Assembly (NCBI RefSeq): GCF_004010195.1
Contig: NW_025215374.1
Span: forward strand, 23,139-61,869
DNA from: Chiloscyllium plagiosum
Lineage: Eukaryota
Direction of reading: 5' to 3'
DNA: 38,731 nt
Every line of letters begins with the position of its first letter. Position 1 is the stretch's first letter. Shown here piece after piece: positions 24,691-36,661 of this stretch. Position numbers and translations under genes: made by a program. The notes under the pieces were generated by a model. The model was not told the DNA's origin, did not search any database, and saw nothing but the letters and a program-made list of their open reading frames with translations.

Positions 24691-27329
24691 AGAGTGTAAC
24701 CAGTCATTGAAGCTTGTCACTCAGGAGCAGGCGGAGAGCACTCCAGTATTGTAGCTCGTTACTCAGGTGCAGCAGGAGGGGATCACACATCTATTAGACG
24801 TTGTGACTTGGTAGCAGCAAGAGTAAAGCAAACAGCTAATGGAGCCTGTTACTCAGGAGCTGGAGGAGGAGTGTTGACAGCTACCTGAGCCTGTGATTCG
24901 GTGCCGGAGGAGAGCGCACAGCTATTGTCGACCATAACTCAGAAGCAACAGGAAAGCATACAGTTGTTGGAGCCTTTTGGTCTGGAGCAGCAAGAGAGCA
25001 CACAGGTATTGGAGCCTGTCACTCAGGGACTGCAGGCGAACACAGCTATTCGAGCCTGTTAGTCAGGAGCCGCAGGAGGAGAGCAACCAGCTATTGTAGC
25101 GTCTTACCCAGGGGCTGCAGGAGGAGAGCACAAAGCTATTGGAGCCGGTTACTCGGGGACAAAAGGAAGAGAGTGCACAGCTATTGCAGCCTGTTACTCA
25201 AAGGCAGCAGAAGAGCACAGAGCTATTGGAGCTTGTTACTACGTGGAAACAGGAGGGGAGCACACATCTAATGGAGCCTCTCACTCAGGGGCAGCAGGAG
25301 TATCGTCCACACCTGTTGGAGCCTGGTACTCACATGCAGCAGGGAAGCATGCAGCTATTGCAGCCTGTTACTCAGGAGCAGCAGGAGCAGGAGCTATTGG
25401 AGCCTTGTACTGAGGGGCAACAGAACCTAAGCAAAGAGCTATTGGAGACTGTAACACAGGGGCTGCAGGAGGAGAGTACACAGATATTGGACCCCGTTAC
25501 TCAGGAGCAGATGGAGGAGAGCACACAGCTCTTGAAGCATTTTATGCTGGAGCAGGAGAGCACACAGGTGTTGTAGTTTGTTACTCAGTTGAATCAGGAG
25601 AGCATACAGTCATTGGTGCCTGTCACTCTGGGGCAGGATTCGGAGAGATCTCAGGTATTGTTTCCTGTGACTCAGGAGCAGAAGGAGATCACATGGCTAT
25701 AGGAGTTTGTTATTCAGCAGCAAAAGGAGGAGAGCACACAGAAATTGGAGCCTCTTATTCCGGGGCAGGAGGAGAGCCCACAACTATTGTATTACTCAGG
25801 GAAACCTGGAGGGGAACACACAGCTAATGGAGCCAATTACTCAGAAGCAGGAGGGGAACACACAAGTATTAGAGCCTTTTTCTCAGGAAAAACTAGAGCC
25901 TATTTCTTCGGAACAAGAAGAGAGCACACAGCTATTGGAATCTATTACTCAGGGGCAGCAGGAGGACTGCGCACAGCGATTTGATTCTTTTACTCAGGGA
26001 CAACATGAGAGCAGCACACAACTGTTGGAGCCTGTTACTCAGGGGCAACAGAAGGTGAGCACATATCTATTGAATCCTGTTATTCAGGTGCAGCAGCAGA
26101 GCAGACAGCTGTTGGAGCCTGTTACTCAGGGGCAGCAGATGGACAGCACACAGCTACTGGAGACTGTTACTCAGGAGCAGGAAATGAACACACAGCTATT
26201 GTAGCCTTTTAGTCAGGGGCAGCAGGAGGAGTGCACGCAGCTATTAAAGCCTGTAACGAAGGGGCAGCAGGAGATCACACAGTTATTGGATCCTTGAACT
26301 CAGGAGCAGCAGGAGTTGACTATAAATCTATTGGAGCCCGGTACGCAGGGGCAACAAGAGGAGAGCACTCAGCTATTGGAACCTGTTACTCAGGAGCAGC
26401 ATGTGGAGACCAAGCATGTATTGTCGCCTTTTTGTCAGGAGCAGTATGAGAGCACACAGTTATTGGAGCGTTTTACTCAGGAGCAGCAGGAGGAGAGTTC
26501 AAAGGTAATGGAGCATGTTAATCAGGGACAACTTGGGGAGAGTACACACTATTGGAGCCTCTTACTCAGAGGCAGCATGAGAGCACACAGTTATTGGAGC
26601 CTGTCACCCAGGAGCAACAGGAGGAGGCAGACAACAATTGGAGCCTAGTACTCAGCGGTAGCAGGAGGAGAGTACACAGCTATTGAAGCCTTTTACTCAG
26701 TGGCAACAGGAGAGCACACAGGCATTGGAACTTGGTACTCAGGGTCATCAGGAGGAGAGCACACGGCTGTTGGAGATTGTTACTCAGTGGGAAACAGGAG
26801 TAAAGCAAACATCTCTTGGACCCTGTTACTCAGGAGCAGTAGGAAAGCATACAGCTCCAGGAGCATCGACTCAGTGGAAGCAGGAGCGCACACTGCCATT
26901 GCAACCTGTTTCTCAGGAGCAGCAGGAGCTGATCATACATCTTTTGGAGCCTGGTACTCAGGGACAACAGGAGGATACGACACAGATATTGGAGCCTATT
27001 TCTCAGGAGCAGTAGGAATTGATTATACAGCTATTGGAGCCTGGTACCCAGGGGCAAAAGGAGGACAGCACACAACTATTGGAGCGTGTTACTCAGGAGC
27101 AGCAGGATGAGAGTACACAGCTATTAAAGCCTGTTACCCAGGGGCTGCAGGTGGAGAGTACATAACTATTAGAGACTGATACTCCAGTGCAGGAGAGCAC
27201 ACAGCTATTGGAGCCTGATGCTCAGTGGCAGCAGGAGAGCACACAGGCATTGGAGTTGGTACTCAGGGTCAGCAGGACGAGAGCACGCAGCTACTGGAGC
27301 CTGTGATTCAGGGGCAGGAGGAGAACACA

Positions 27330-27654
27330 AGATGATTAGGGGGTTAGATAGGGTTGACAGTGTGAACCTTTTCCCGCGTATGGAGTCGGGTATTACAAGG
27401 GGGCATAGCTTTAAATTAAGGGGGGGTAGATATAGGACTGAAGTTAGGGGTAGGTTCTTCACTCAGCGAGTCGTAAGTTCATGGAATGCCCTGCCAGCAG
27501 CAGTGGTGGACTCTCCCTCTTTATGGGCATTTAAGCGGGCATTGGATAGGTATATGGAGGATAGTGGGTTAGTATAGGTTAGGTGGGCTTGGATCGGCGC
27601 AACATCGAGGGCCAAAGGGCCTGTACTGCGCTGTATTCTTCTATGTTCTATGTT
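27330..27654 (+). mobile_element. Young CR1-clade LINE 3' end inserted in the array
   Basis: Open frame MIRGLDRVDSVNLFPRM...FFTQRVVSSWNALP...AFKRALDRYM, an (TTCTATG)n tail, and the AACACA direct repeat at 27324-27329 and 27655-27660. Confidence 0.93.
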
Positions 27655-30301
27655 AACACACAGATATTGGAGCCTGTTACACCGGAGCAATAGGAGAGCA
27701 CACAGCTGTTGGAGCCTGATACTCAGTGGCAGGAGGAGGAGACAGCACAGCTATTGGAGCATGTTATGCAGGGGCAGCCGACGGTGAGCACACAGCTATT
27801 GGAACCTGTAAATTTGGGGCAGCAAGAGAGCAGCCAGCTGTTAGAGCCTGTTACTCAGGGGCAACAAGAGGACACCAAACAGCTATTGGAGTCTGTTACT
27901 CAGGAGCAGCAGGAGGAGAACGCAAAGCTATTGGAGGCTGTTACTGAGGGGCAGCAGAAGTGCACACAGCTATCGGAGCCTGGAACTCAGGGGCAGAAGG
28001 AGAGCACACGTTATTGGAGCCTGTCACTCAGGAGCAGCAGGAGGAGGCGGACAATAATTGGTGCCTGGTACTCAGGAGCAGTAGGAGAGCACACAGCTAT
28101 TAGAGCCTCGTACTCAGGGACAAAAGGAGCAGAGTACTTAGCTATTGGAGCCTAGTACTCGGTGGCAGCAGGAAGGCACAGAGCTATTGAAGCATGCTAC
28201 TCCTGGGCAACAGAGGAAAGGAGACAGATATTGGTTCCTGTTAATCAGGAACAGCAGGAGCGTGCACAGAGCTATTGGACCATGCTACTCAGGAGCAGCA
28301 GGAGGAGAGGATCCAGGTATTGGAACATGTTACTCAGAGGCAGCTGAAGGTGAGCATACAGTTATTGGAGCCTGTTATTCGGGGGCAGCAAGAGAGAAGG
28401 CAGCTGTTAGAGCCTGTTACTCAGGCGCAACGGGCGGACAGCACACAGCTATTGGAGACTGTTCCTCAAGAACAGAAGGAGAATACACAGCTATTGCATT
28501 TTTCACTCAGGTGCAGCAGGAGAAGAACACACAGCTATTGGAGCCTGGAACCCAGGGTCAACAGGACGTGAGCACACATGTATTGTTGCCCGTTATTCAG
28601 GAGCAGCTGGAGAGCACGCAGATATTGGAACTTGTTACTCAGTAGCAGCAGGAATAAAGCACACAGCTATTGGAACCTGTTACTCAGAAGCAGCTGGAGA
28701 GTACACATTTATTACTCAGGGACAAGAGGAGAGTATACAGCTGTATGAGCCTCTTACTCAGAGGCAGCAGGAGAGCACACAGGTATTGGAGCCTGTTATT
28801 CAGGGGCAGCAGCAGGACAGCGCACAGCCATTTGAGACTGGTACACAGGGACAGCTGGAGAGCACACAGCTGTTAGAGCCTGTTACTCAGGGACAACAGG
28901 AGGAGAGTACACAGGTTTTGGAGCCTGTTTCTCAGAGGCAGCAGGACAGCACACAGCTATTGGAGCCTACTACTCAGGGGCAGCAGGAGAAGAGCACACA
29001 CCTATTGATGCCTGGTATTCAGGAGCAGTTGGAGAGCACATAGAGCCTGTTACTCATGGACAACAGTAAGAGAGTACACAGGTATTGAAGCCTGGTACTC
29101 GGTGTTAGCAGGAGGGCCCACAGTTATTTAAGCTTGTTACTCCTTGGCAGCAGAAGTTGAGGACACAGATACTCGTTCCTGTTAATCAGCAGGAGTCATG
29201 CACAGAGCTATTGGACCATGCTACTCAGAATCAGCAGAAGAGCACACAGCTATTGGAGCCTGTTACTCAGCAACAACCGGAGAAGTGAAACCAGCTATTT
29301 GAGTTTGATACTCAGGAGCAGGAGGAGTGCATTAAGCTATTGGAGCCTGTTTCTTAGGTGCAGCAGCAGGAGCGCACACAACTATTGTTGCCTCTTACTC
29401 AGGAGCAGCAGGAGACTGCACAGCTATTAGAGCCTGTTACTCAGGGGCAGCAGTAAGAGAGTACACAGGTATTAGTGCCTGTTACTCAGGGACAACAGTA
29501 AGAAAGTACACAACTATTGGAACCTGTGACTCGAGAGCAGCAGCAGGAGAGCACACAACTATTGAAGCCTGTTACTCAGTGGCAGCAGGATTCATGTAGA
29601 TGGCTGTTGGAGATTGTTACTCCGTGACAGAAGCAACAGCGCACAAAGCTATTGGAGCGTGGTACACAGGGGTAGCAGGAGTAGAGTGCATAGCTATTGG
29701 AGCCTGGCACTGAGGGGCAACAGGAGGAAAGGAAGCAGCTATTGGAACCTGTTACTCAGGAGCGTTAGGAGGAGAGTACACAGCTATTGCAGCATATTAC
29801 TCAGGGGCAGCAGGAGAGCACACAGGCACAGGAGACTGGTACTCAGGGTCAGCAGGAGGAGATTACATAGCTATTGTAGCATGTTAGTCGGGACAGCAGG
29901 AGAGCACACAGCTTTTGGAGGCTTGTACTCAGGGGCAGCAGGAGGAGAGCACACAACTATTGAAGCCTGTTACTCAAGGGCAGCAGAACAGCACACAATT
30001 ATTGGAGCCTGTTACTCAGTGGCAGCAGGAGAGCAGACAGCTGTTGGAAGCTGTTACTCAGGTGCAGTAAGAGTCATGTAAACGGCTGTTGGAGATTGTT
30101 ACTCCATGGCAGCAGCAACAGTGCACAAAGCTATTGGAGTGTGGTACATCGGGGGAGGAGGAGGAGAGCCCACAGATATTTGAGCCTGTTACTCAGGAGA
30201 AGGAGGAGGACAGCACACAGCTGTTGGAGTCTTTTGCTCAGGAGCAGCAGGAGAGCACACCGCTATGGGAGACATTTTCTCAGGGACGGCAGGACGAGGA
30301 C

Positions 30302-30510
30302 AGACAATAGACAATAGACAATAGGTGCAGGAGTAGGCCATTCAGCCCTTTGAGCCTGCACCGCCATTCAATATGATCATGGCTGATCAGTCCTAATCAG
30401 TATCCTCTTCCTGCCTTATCTCCATAACACTTGATTCCACTATCCTTGAGAGCTCTATATAACTCTTTCTAAAATGAAACCAGAGACTAGGCCCCCACTG
30501 CCCTCTGGGG
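30302..30510 (-). mobile_element. CR1-clade LINE 3' end inserted in the array
   Basis: (AGACAAT)3 tail, then the reverse complement of the 18320-18510 3' end (same subfamily). Confidence 0.9.
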
Positions 30511-31689
30511 GCAGCACACAGCTGTTGGAGCCTTTGGCTCAGCAACGACAGGAGCGCATACCGCTATGGGAGACTGTTACTGAGTGGCAGCAGTAGGAGA
30601 GCACACGGTTAATGGAGCCTGTTACTGAGAGGCAGCAAAAGAGCATGCAGCTATTGGACACTGTTCCTCAGTGGCAGCAGGACAGCACACAGCTATTAGA
30701 ACCTCCTACTCAAGGGCAGCAGTAGGAGTGTACACATGTATTGGAGCCTTGTACTCAGGGGCAGGAGGAGAGTACACAGCTATTGAAACTGTTACTCAGT
30801 TGTAGCAGGAGGAGTGCATACAGCTATTAGAACCTATTACTCAGTGGCATATTGGAGAGCACACAGCTATTGGAGCCTTTTACTCGGCGCAGCAGGAGAG
30901 CACACAGCTTTTGTAGCCTGTGTCACAGGACCAGCAGGAGGAAGGTGCACAGGTATTGGAGCCTGGTAATCACGAGCAACAGGAGGAGATCACACAGCTA
31001 TTGGAACCTATTACTCAGGAGCAGCGGACGTTGAGTACACAGCGGTTGGGCCTTGTTAGTGAGGAAAAAGAGAAGGGGAACACACAGCTATTGGAACCTG
31101 CGACTCAGGGGCAGGCGGAGAGTACACAGCTATTGGAGCCTGTTACTCAGAGGCAGCAGGAGGAAAGTACTCAGCTCTTGGTGCATGTTACTGAGCAGCA
31201 GCAGCAGGAGAGCACACAGCTATTGCAACCTGTTACTCAGTGGCAGCAGAGGAGTGCGCATCGGTATTGGAGCCTGTTACTTAGCGGCAGCAGGATAGCA
31301 CACAGCTATTTAGCCTATTTTTCGGGAACAGCAGGAGGAAAGTACACATATATTGGAGCCTGGTACGCAGGGCAGCAGTAGGAGATCACACAGCTATTGG
31401 AGCCTGTTACTCAGGAGCAGGAGGAGGAGATTACACAGATATTGGAGCCTGTTACTAAGGGGCAGCATGAGGAGAGGAGAGCACACAGCTATGGGAACCT
31501 GATACTCATGAGCAGCAGGACAACTCACAGCTATTGGAGCTTGTTAATCAGGGGCAGTGGAAGAGAGGACACAGCTCTTGGAGCCTGTTACTCAGGAGTA
31601 GAAGGGCAGAACACTGTTATTGGAGCTTTTTAATCAGGGGCTGGAGGAGGATATCTATTTTCGCAAACCCTGGGCAAAGGAACAGGAGT

Positions 31690-31963
31690 CTGTCACTCTA
31701 CTGCTCGAGACTGGGATGTCACTCATGAGCATGACTCGGAAGCAGGAGGGTGTTATTCAGCTGCTCGAGACTGGTACCCAGTGACATTCGGAAGTCATTC
31801 GATTGCTCGAGATTTGCACCCAGCGATAGGAGGCAGTCATTCAACTGCTCGAGAGTGGGCACAGGAAGAGGAAGCAGTCACACAGAGCTCGAGAGCGGGA
31901 AACAGGAACTGGAGGCAGTCATTCAACTGCTCGAGTCTTGGATATAGGAAAACCTGGAGGCTA
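31690..31963 (+). repeat. Terminal ~42-bp variant of the array (AVIQLLE-type units)
   Basis: Six CTCGAG at 31704, 31764, 31806, 31848, 31888 and 31930 in the context cagtcattcaactgctcgag. Confidence 0.85.
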
Positions 31964-33747
31964 GTGAGTCCCCTGGATCCTGTAACCTTTTGAGGAAGTG
32001 ACTCACTCCTTATCAGTATGAGACACTCGAGAAAAGGGAAATTGGCTTGTTACTAACAGAAATTTGAAACATTTGCATGAATAACCCATTCAAACCTCCT
32101 CCAACATTCTCTGAGAGCGTCACTGATCTGATTGTGACTTCTTCATTCGTTTTATAGATTCTTCTTCCTGCAGCCTCTGCTTCATTTGTTGGTCATGTCG
32201 TAAACTCAGATGCCGTAAATACAATCCACTTGACTCATCCTGGGTGGTCACTAAAGCCTTTGGCTTTCATGAATGTCCACAGCAGCTTAAAACGCAGCCT
32301 TCACTAATGTTCCAAAACTAGAATTAAGTCAAATATCACTCAAACGGAAGTGAAAAGCCTGGTCATAATCTATAACAGTGGTGGGAATTCCTCATGTTAC
32401 TGAGCACATAATCAGCAGAGAGTGACTAATACAGGCATTCCGTGGATAGACACAGAACAAATTACAAAGATGTGCTTCAAAACTGTTGAAACCCCACTAT
32501 CGAACATGGAGCACAGGGCATGACACCGGAAAGACAAAGAAAACGCAAGCTATGCCTTTTGAACATTGTTTCAAAACTTCTTAATGTCGGAAGCTGATGC
32601 TCTTGGGTGAGCAACATTCAAGGCCAGGGAAAGATTTAGGACAATTATTTACATTAAAACTGGACAATTAAAACTGGATGGTGGGGATACTGTATAAATA
32701 CGAAAAAAAAGGAGGGATTTGGGAAATAGACAGAGAGAGAGTGACTCAGAGACAGTGTTATGGGAGGTTGTGATCGCAGGTTTCAGAATGCTGAAATGAA
32801 GACATTTCGATCGCATCGAGTAACATAAGCTGGTATTTCCGGGATTGATGAATTAATGGGATATTGGTGTGACGTCAGACCGAGTCATAGAGTCTCGGGC
32901 ATGCACACCATGGAAACAGATCCTTCTGTCTAACTCGTCCACGCCGAAGAGATATCCTCAATTAAACTAGCCCCATTTGCCAGCATTTTCCCATATTGCT
33001 CCAAACCCTTCCTCTTCATGTACCCATCCAACTGCCTTTTAAATGTTGCAGTTGTAACAGCATTCACAACCTCCTGTGGCAGTTCATTCCACATATGCAC
33101 GCGCCTCTGTGTGAAAAAGCGGCTCCTGTGGTTATTTAAAAACAAAACCTTTCCCCTCTCACCTGAAATCCATGCTCTCTCATTTTGGTGAAAAGATCTT
33201 GGTTATTCACCCTTTATATGCCCCTCATGTTGCAAGTAAAATCACCCAACCTACTCACCCTCTCCCTGTAGCTCAACACCTAGCAACATCCTTGCAAAAC
33301 TTTCCTGACTCCCTTCAGGATTCACAATATCTTTCCGATATATGGGAGAGCAGAATTGAATGCGGTACTCCAAAAGTGGCGAACCAATGTGCTGTACAGC
33401 AGCAACATGACCTCCCAATTCATTTAGCCAAAGCACTGACCATCAAAGGCAAGCATACCAAATGCCTTCTACACTATTCTGTCTTACTGTAATTCAATTT
33501 TCAAGGAACAATGAACCTGCAATCCGAGGTCGCTTTGTTCTGCAACACTCCCAAGGACCTTTCCATTAAGTGCTCTGATTTGCATTTCCAAAATTCAGCA
33601 CCTCACATTTTTCTAGATTAAGCACTATTTGCCACTACTCTGCCCAACAGCCCACCTGATCATGATCCCATTGTACTGAGACGTACACCTTCCTTGTTGT
33701 CCACTACACCATCAATTTTGGTATCATTTGCAAACTTACCAACTACA

Positions 33748-34369
33748 AGTTGATGAGGGTCGAGTGGTGGATGTTGTGTATGTGGCCTTCAGCATGGCAT
33801 TCCCCATGGTAGGCTCTTTCAGATAGTCAGGAGGAATGGGATAACGGAAGATTTAGCTGTCTGGATACAACATTGACTGGTCAACAGAAGACAGAGAATA
33901 GTAGTGGAAGGAAAGTATTCTGCCTGGAAGTCTTAGTAATTTTATTAATGACATGGATGAGGAGATTGAAGGATGGGTCAGCAAGTTTGCAGACGGTACA
34001 AGGGTTAGAGGTGTCGTTGACAGTATAGAGGACTGTTGTAGACTGCAGCGTGACATTGACAGGATGCAGGGATGGGTGGAGATGTGGCAGGTGGAGTTCA
34101 ACCTGGATAAATGCGAAGTGATGCATTTTGGAAGGTCGAACTTGAAAGTTGAGTACATGATTAAAGACAGGATTCTTGGTAGTTTGGAGTAACAGCGGGA
34201 TCTTGGTGTGCAAGGACACAGATCCCTTAAAATTGCCACCTAAGTTGACAGGGTTGTTAAGAAAGCATATGGTGTTTTGGCTTTCATTAACAGGGGGATT
34301 GCTTTTAAAAGCCGTGAGATCTTGTTGCCGTGAGATCGTGTTCTATATTCTTGTTCTATGTTCTATGTT
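33748..34369 (+). mobile_element. CR1-clade LINE fragment nested in opposite orientation
   Basis: INDMDEEIEGWVSKFADGT...LQRDIDRMQGWVEMWQVEFNLDKCEVMHFG; ends in an (TTCTATG)n tail. Confidence 0.88.
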
Positions 34370-35374
34370 CTCTCGCTGCTGTGTTCACATCCAAATGTTT
34401 TATATAAATAATGAAAAGCAGTGGACCCAGCACCGGTTCTTGTAGCAACTACTGGTTAAAGGCCTCCAGTTCGAAATGCAGTCCTCCACCATCACCCTCT
34501 GTCTCATACGTTCGAGCCAATTTTGTATCCACATGGCTAGTTCTCCCATTATTCCATGTGAACTAATCTTGTTAACCTGTCTAACATGCGGAAAGTTGTC
34601 AAATGCCTGACTGAAGTCCATATCGGCAACATACACCTCTCTACCTCAATGAACCCTCATGGTCACTTCTTTACAAAAAGACTCAGTAAATTTAGTGAGA
34701 CACAATTTCCAATGCTTAAAGCGATGTCGACCATCCCTTATCAATCCTAGCGTTTCAAAGTGTATGCAAACTTTGTGCCTCATAATCCTCTATCAATTTT
34801 CCCACCACTGACGTCAGGCTCACCGGCTTTTCTTTATCACCCTTCTATCATTTTTGAAATAATGGAAAAGGTTAGCAACCTCCTATCTTTCAGCAGTCAT
34901 GATGCAAATACCTCAGCAATAGGCCCAGCAATCACTTCCCTCGCCTCTCATATAGTTCCCGAGTACACCTGATCAGGACCTGGGGTATTTTTCAACCTTT
35001 ACATGCTTTACGAACTCAAGAATCTCCTCCTCTGTAATGCAGACAATTTCAAGATGTCAATGTTTATTTCCGACGTTCCCTAGCTTCCATATCCTTCTGC
35101 ACATAAACGTTGATGCAAAATGCTTGTTTAGTACAGACTCAATCTCCTGTGTTTCTGCATATCAGCAGACTTGCTGATCATGAATTAGCCCGAAGATCTC
35201 TTGAGTTACTCTTTTGTCTTTAATGTACTTGTAGAGTCCCTTTGTATTGACCTTAACCCTAATTACCAAATCTATTTCATGTCCCCTTTATGGCCTCCTG
35301 ATCTCCCTCTTAAGTGTACCCCTACTGGCTTTAGACTCTTCTAGAGATTTACTTTAAATCTGGAATTACTAGAC

Positions 35375-35583
35375 TGATGGCGATGATGAATCCACTTTTG
35401 ATTGGTGGATTCACTGATGTCCTTGATGGAAGCAAACTGCCATACCTACCTGGTCTGGGTCGTTGTGACTCCAGACCAACAGCAATGTGTGTGACTTAAT
35501 TAACCTCTGGTCAATTAACGATCGGCAACACATGTAGGTCCAACCAGTGATACACTCATCCCGTGAATGAATACTGAAAAAAA
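35375..35583 (+). mobile_element. Old SINE-like fragment of a second family (unnamed)
   Basis: Interrupts the LINE; ctggtctgg...tgtgactccagacc..cagcaatgtg core and an atccc.tgaatgaat...A-rich 3' end. Confidence 0.55.
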
Positions 35584-36308
35584 TCTCGATTCCTGCTATC
35601 TTTCACTGACATATGTTTCCCAGTTATCCGTGTCCAGAGTCTCACTTTCTACAGTCCTCCAGCATTCCTTACACCTACCAGCCTTACGCTTCACCCTAAC
35701 AGAGACAAAGTGTCTCTGTCTACTTCACATTTCATTTTTTGCTGGCCTCGTATCTGAGAATATCTGTCCTAATCCACTTTGGAAGTTCTTGCCTAACAAC
35801 ATCAAAATTGGCCTTCCTACAAATTAGAATGTTAACTTTTACATCCAGTTCATCCTTTTCCATCTCTGTTTTAAAAGTAATGAAATTATGACTACTAACC
35901 GCAAACTTCTTCCCCAGCGATACCTCAGTTACCTGCCCTGCCTTCTTTCCCAAGGATAGTTCACGTTTAGCTCCTTCTCTGTGATGGAGAGTATTGGCTA
36001 AGCACCTGCAGCTTTGTAGCTGTGAGTGGTGTCAGCAGGGTGTTCGCCACATTGATGTGAATCGAACAATAATTTGGCTCAGTGATATTTTCATTGAGAG
36101 AGACAGAGGTATCGTCTGCACAAGGCCGAACTAGTTTCCTGGTGCTATCTTATCGAACACACCTGATTAACCATCTACCGCACGCCACGGTGCCTCTTTG
36201 TTGAATGTCTGGCCGCTTCTCAGACCGGTCGTGGCTCGACGTCCTCATCATTGCCCGGATGCCCCTGGATATTCCGTGAGCCCTGGCACTGGTTTCATCT
36301 TTAACAGG

Positions 36309-36596
36309 CACCGCTGCCTCACAGCGCCTGAGACCCGGGTTCCAATTCCCGCCTCAGGCGACTGACTGTGTGGAGTTTGCACGTTCTCCCCGTGTCTGTG
36401 TGAGTTTCCTCCGAGTGCTCCGGTTTCCTCCCACAGTCCAAAGATGTTCAGGTCAGGTGAATTGGCCATGCTAAATTGCCCGTAGGGTGAGGTAAGGGGT
36501 AAATGTAGGGGTATGGGTGGATTGCACTTCGGCGGGTCGGTGTGGACTTGTTGGGCCGGAGGGCCTGTTTCCACGCTGCAGTCTAATCTAATCTAA
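36309..36596 (+). mobile_element. HE1-type V-SINE, 5'-truncated, relatively young
   Basis: gctgcctcacagcgcc...gggttccaattccc, a V-domain retaining CpGs, the LINE-like tail gggccggagggcctgtttccac, and (TCTAA)n. Confidence 0.9.
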
Positions 36597-36661
36597 AAGG
36601 CGAATGGGCACACGGTTGAGCTTTCCCAGTTTGGAGCTGCGCTATGCAGTTTAACCCGAGC

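Larger units (their letters stand above)
10797..31640 (+). repeat. Giant degenerate tandem array of a 42/45/48-bp unit (reads [15 protein letters not shown]); probable decayed repetitive exon or minisatellite
   Basis: Continuous recurrence of GAGCCTGTTACTCAG-(CAG/GAG triplets)-AGCACACAGCTATTG, roughly 350-400 units by my estimate after removing gaps and insertions. Purine-rich + strand; frequent in-frame stops and frameshifts. Confidence 0.97.
32885..35980 (-). mobile_element. Long decayed CR1-clade LINE (endonuclease C-terminus to 3' UTR) with two nested insertions
   Basis: Minus-strand fragments GQVTEVSLGKKFAVSSHNFITF (decayed SDH region), MDFSQAFDNFPH...WIQNWL..QRVMVE, EYRIQFCSPIYRKD and FFTQRRVHMWNELP, in the correct order. 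Confidence 0.85.

Noticed and set aside
10797..31640. CRISPR array
   Set aside because: Units are contiguous degenerate copies with no unique spacers, there are no cas genes, and the context is a vertebrate genome.
10797..31640. Intact involucrin/trichohyalin-like CDS from the many Q/E-rich ORFs
   Set aside because: Frequent stops and frameshifts (some shared between duplicated blocks) and six TE insertions; the similarity is compositional only. The Ser/Arg-rich and Gly/Ala-rich ORFs are the other two frames of the same repeat.
10797..31640. Immunoglobulin switch-like region (AGCT/AGCA AID hotspots in most units, purine-rich strand)
   Set aside because: No V, J or C exons or recombination signal sequences are visible in the window; the motifs follow trivially from CAG CTA and CAG CAG.
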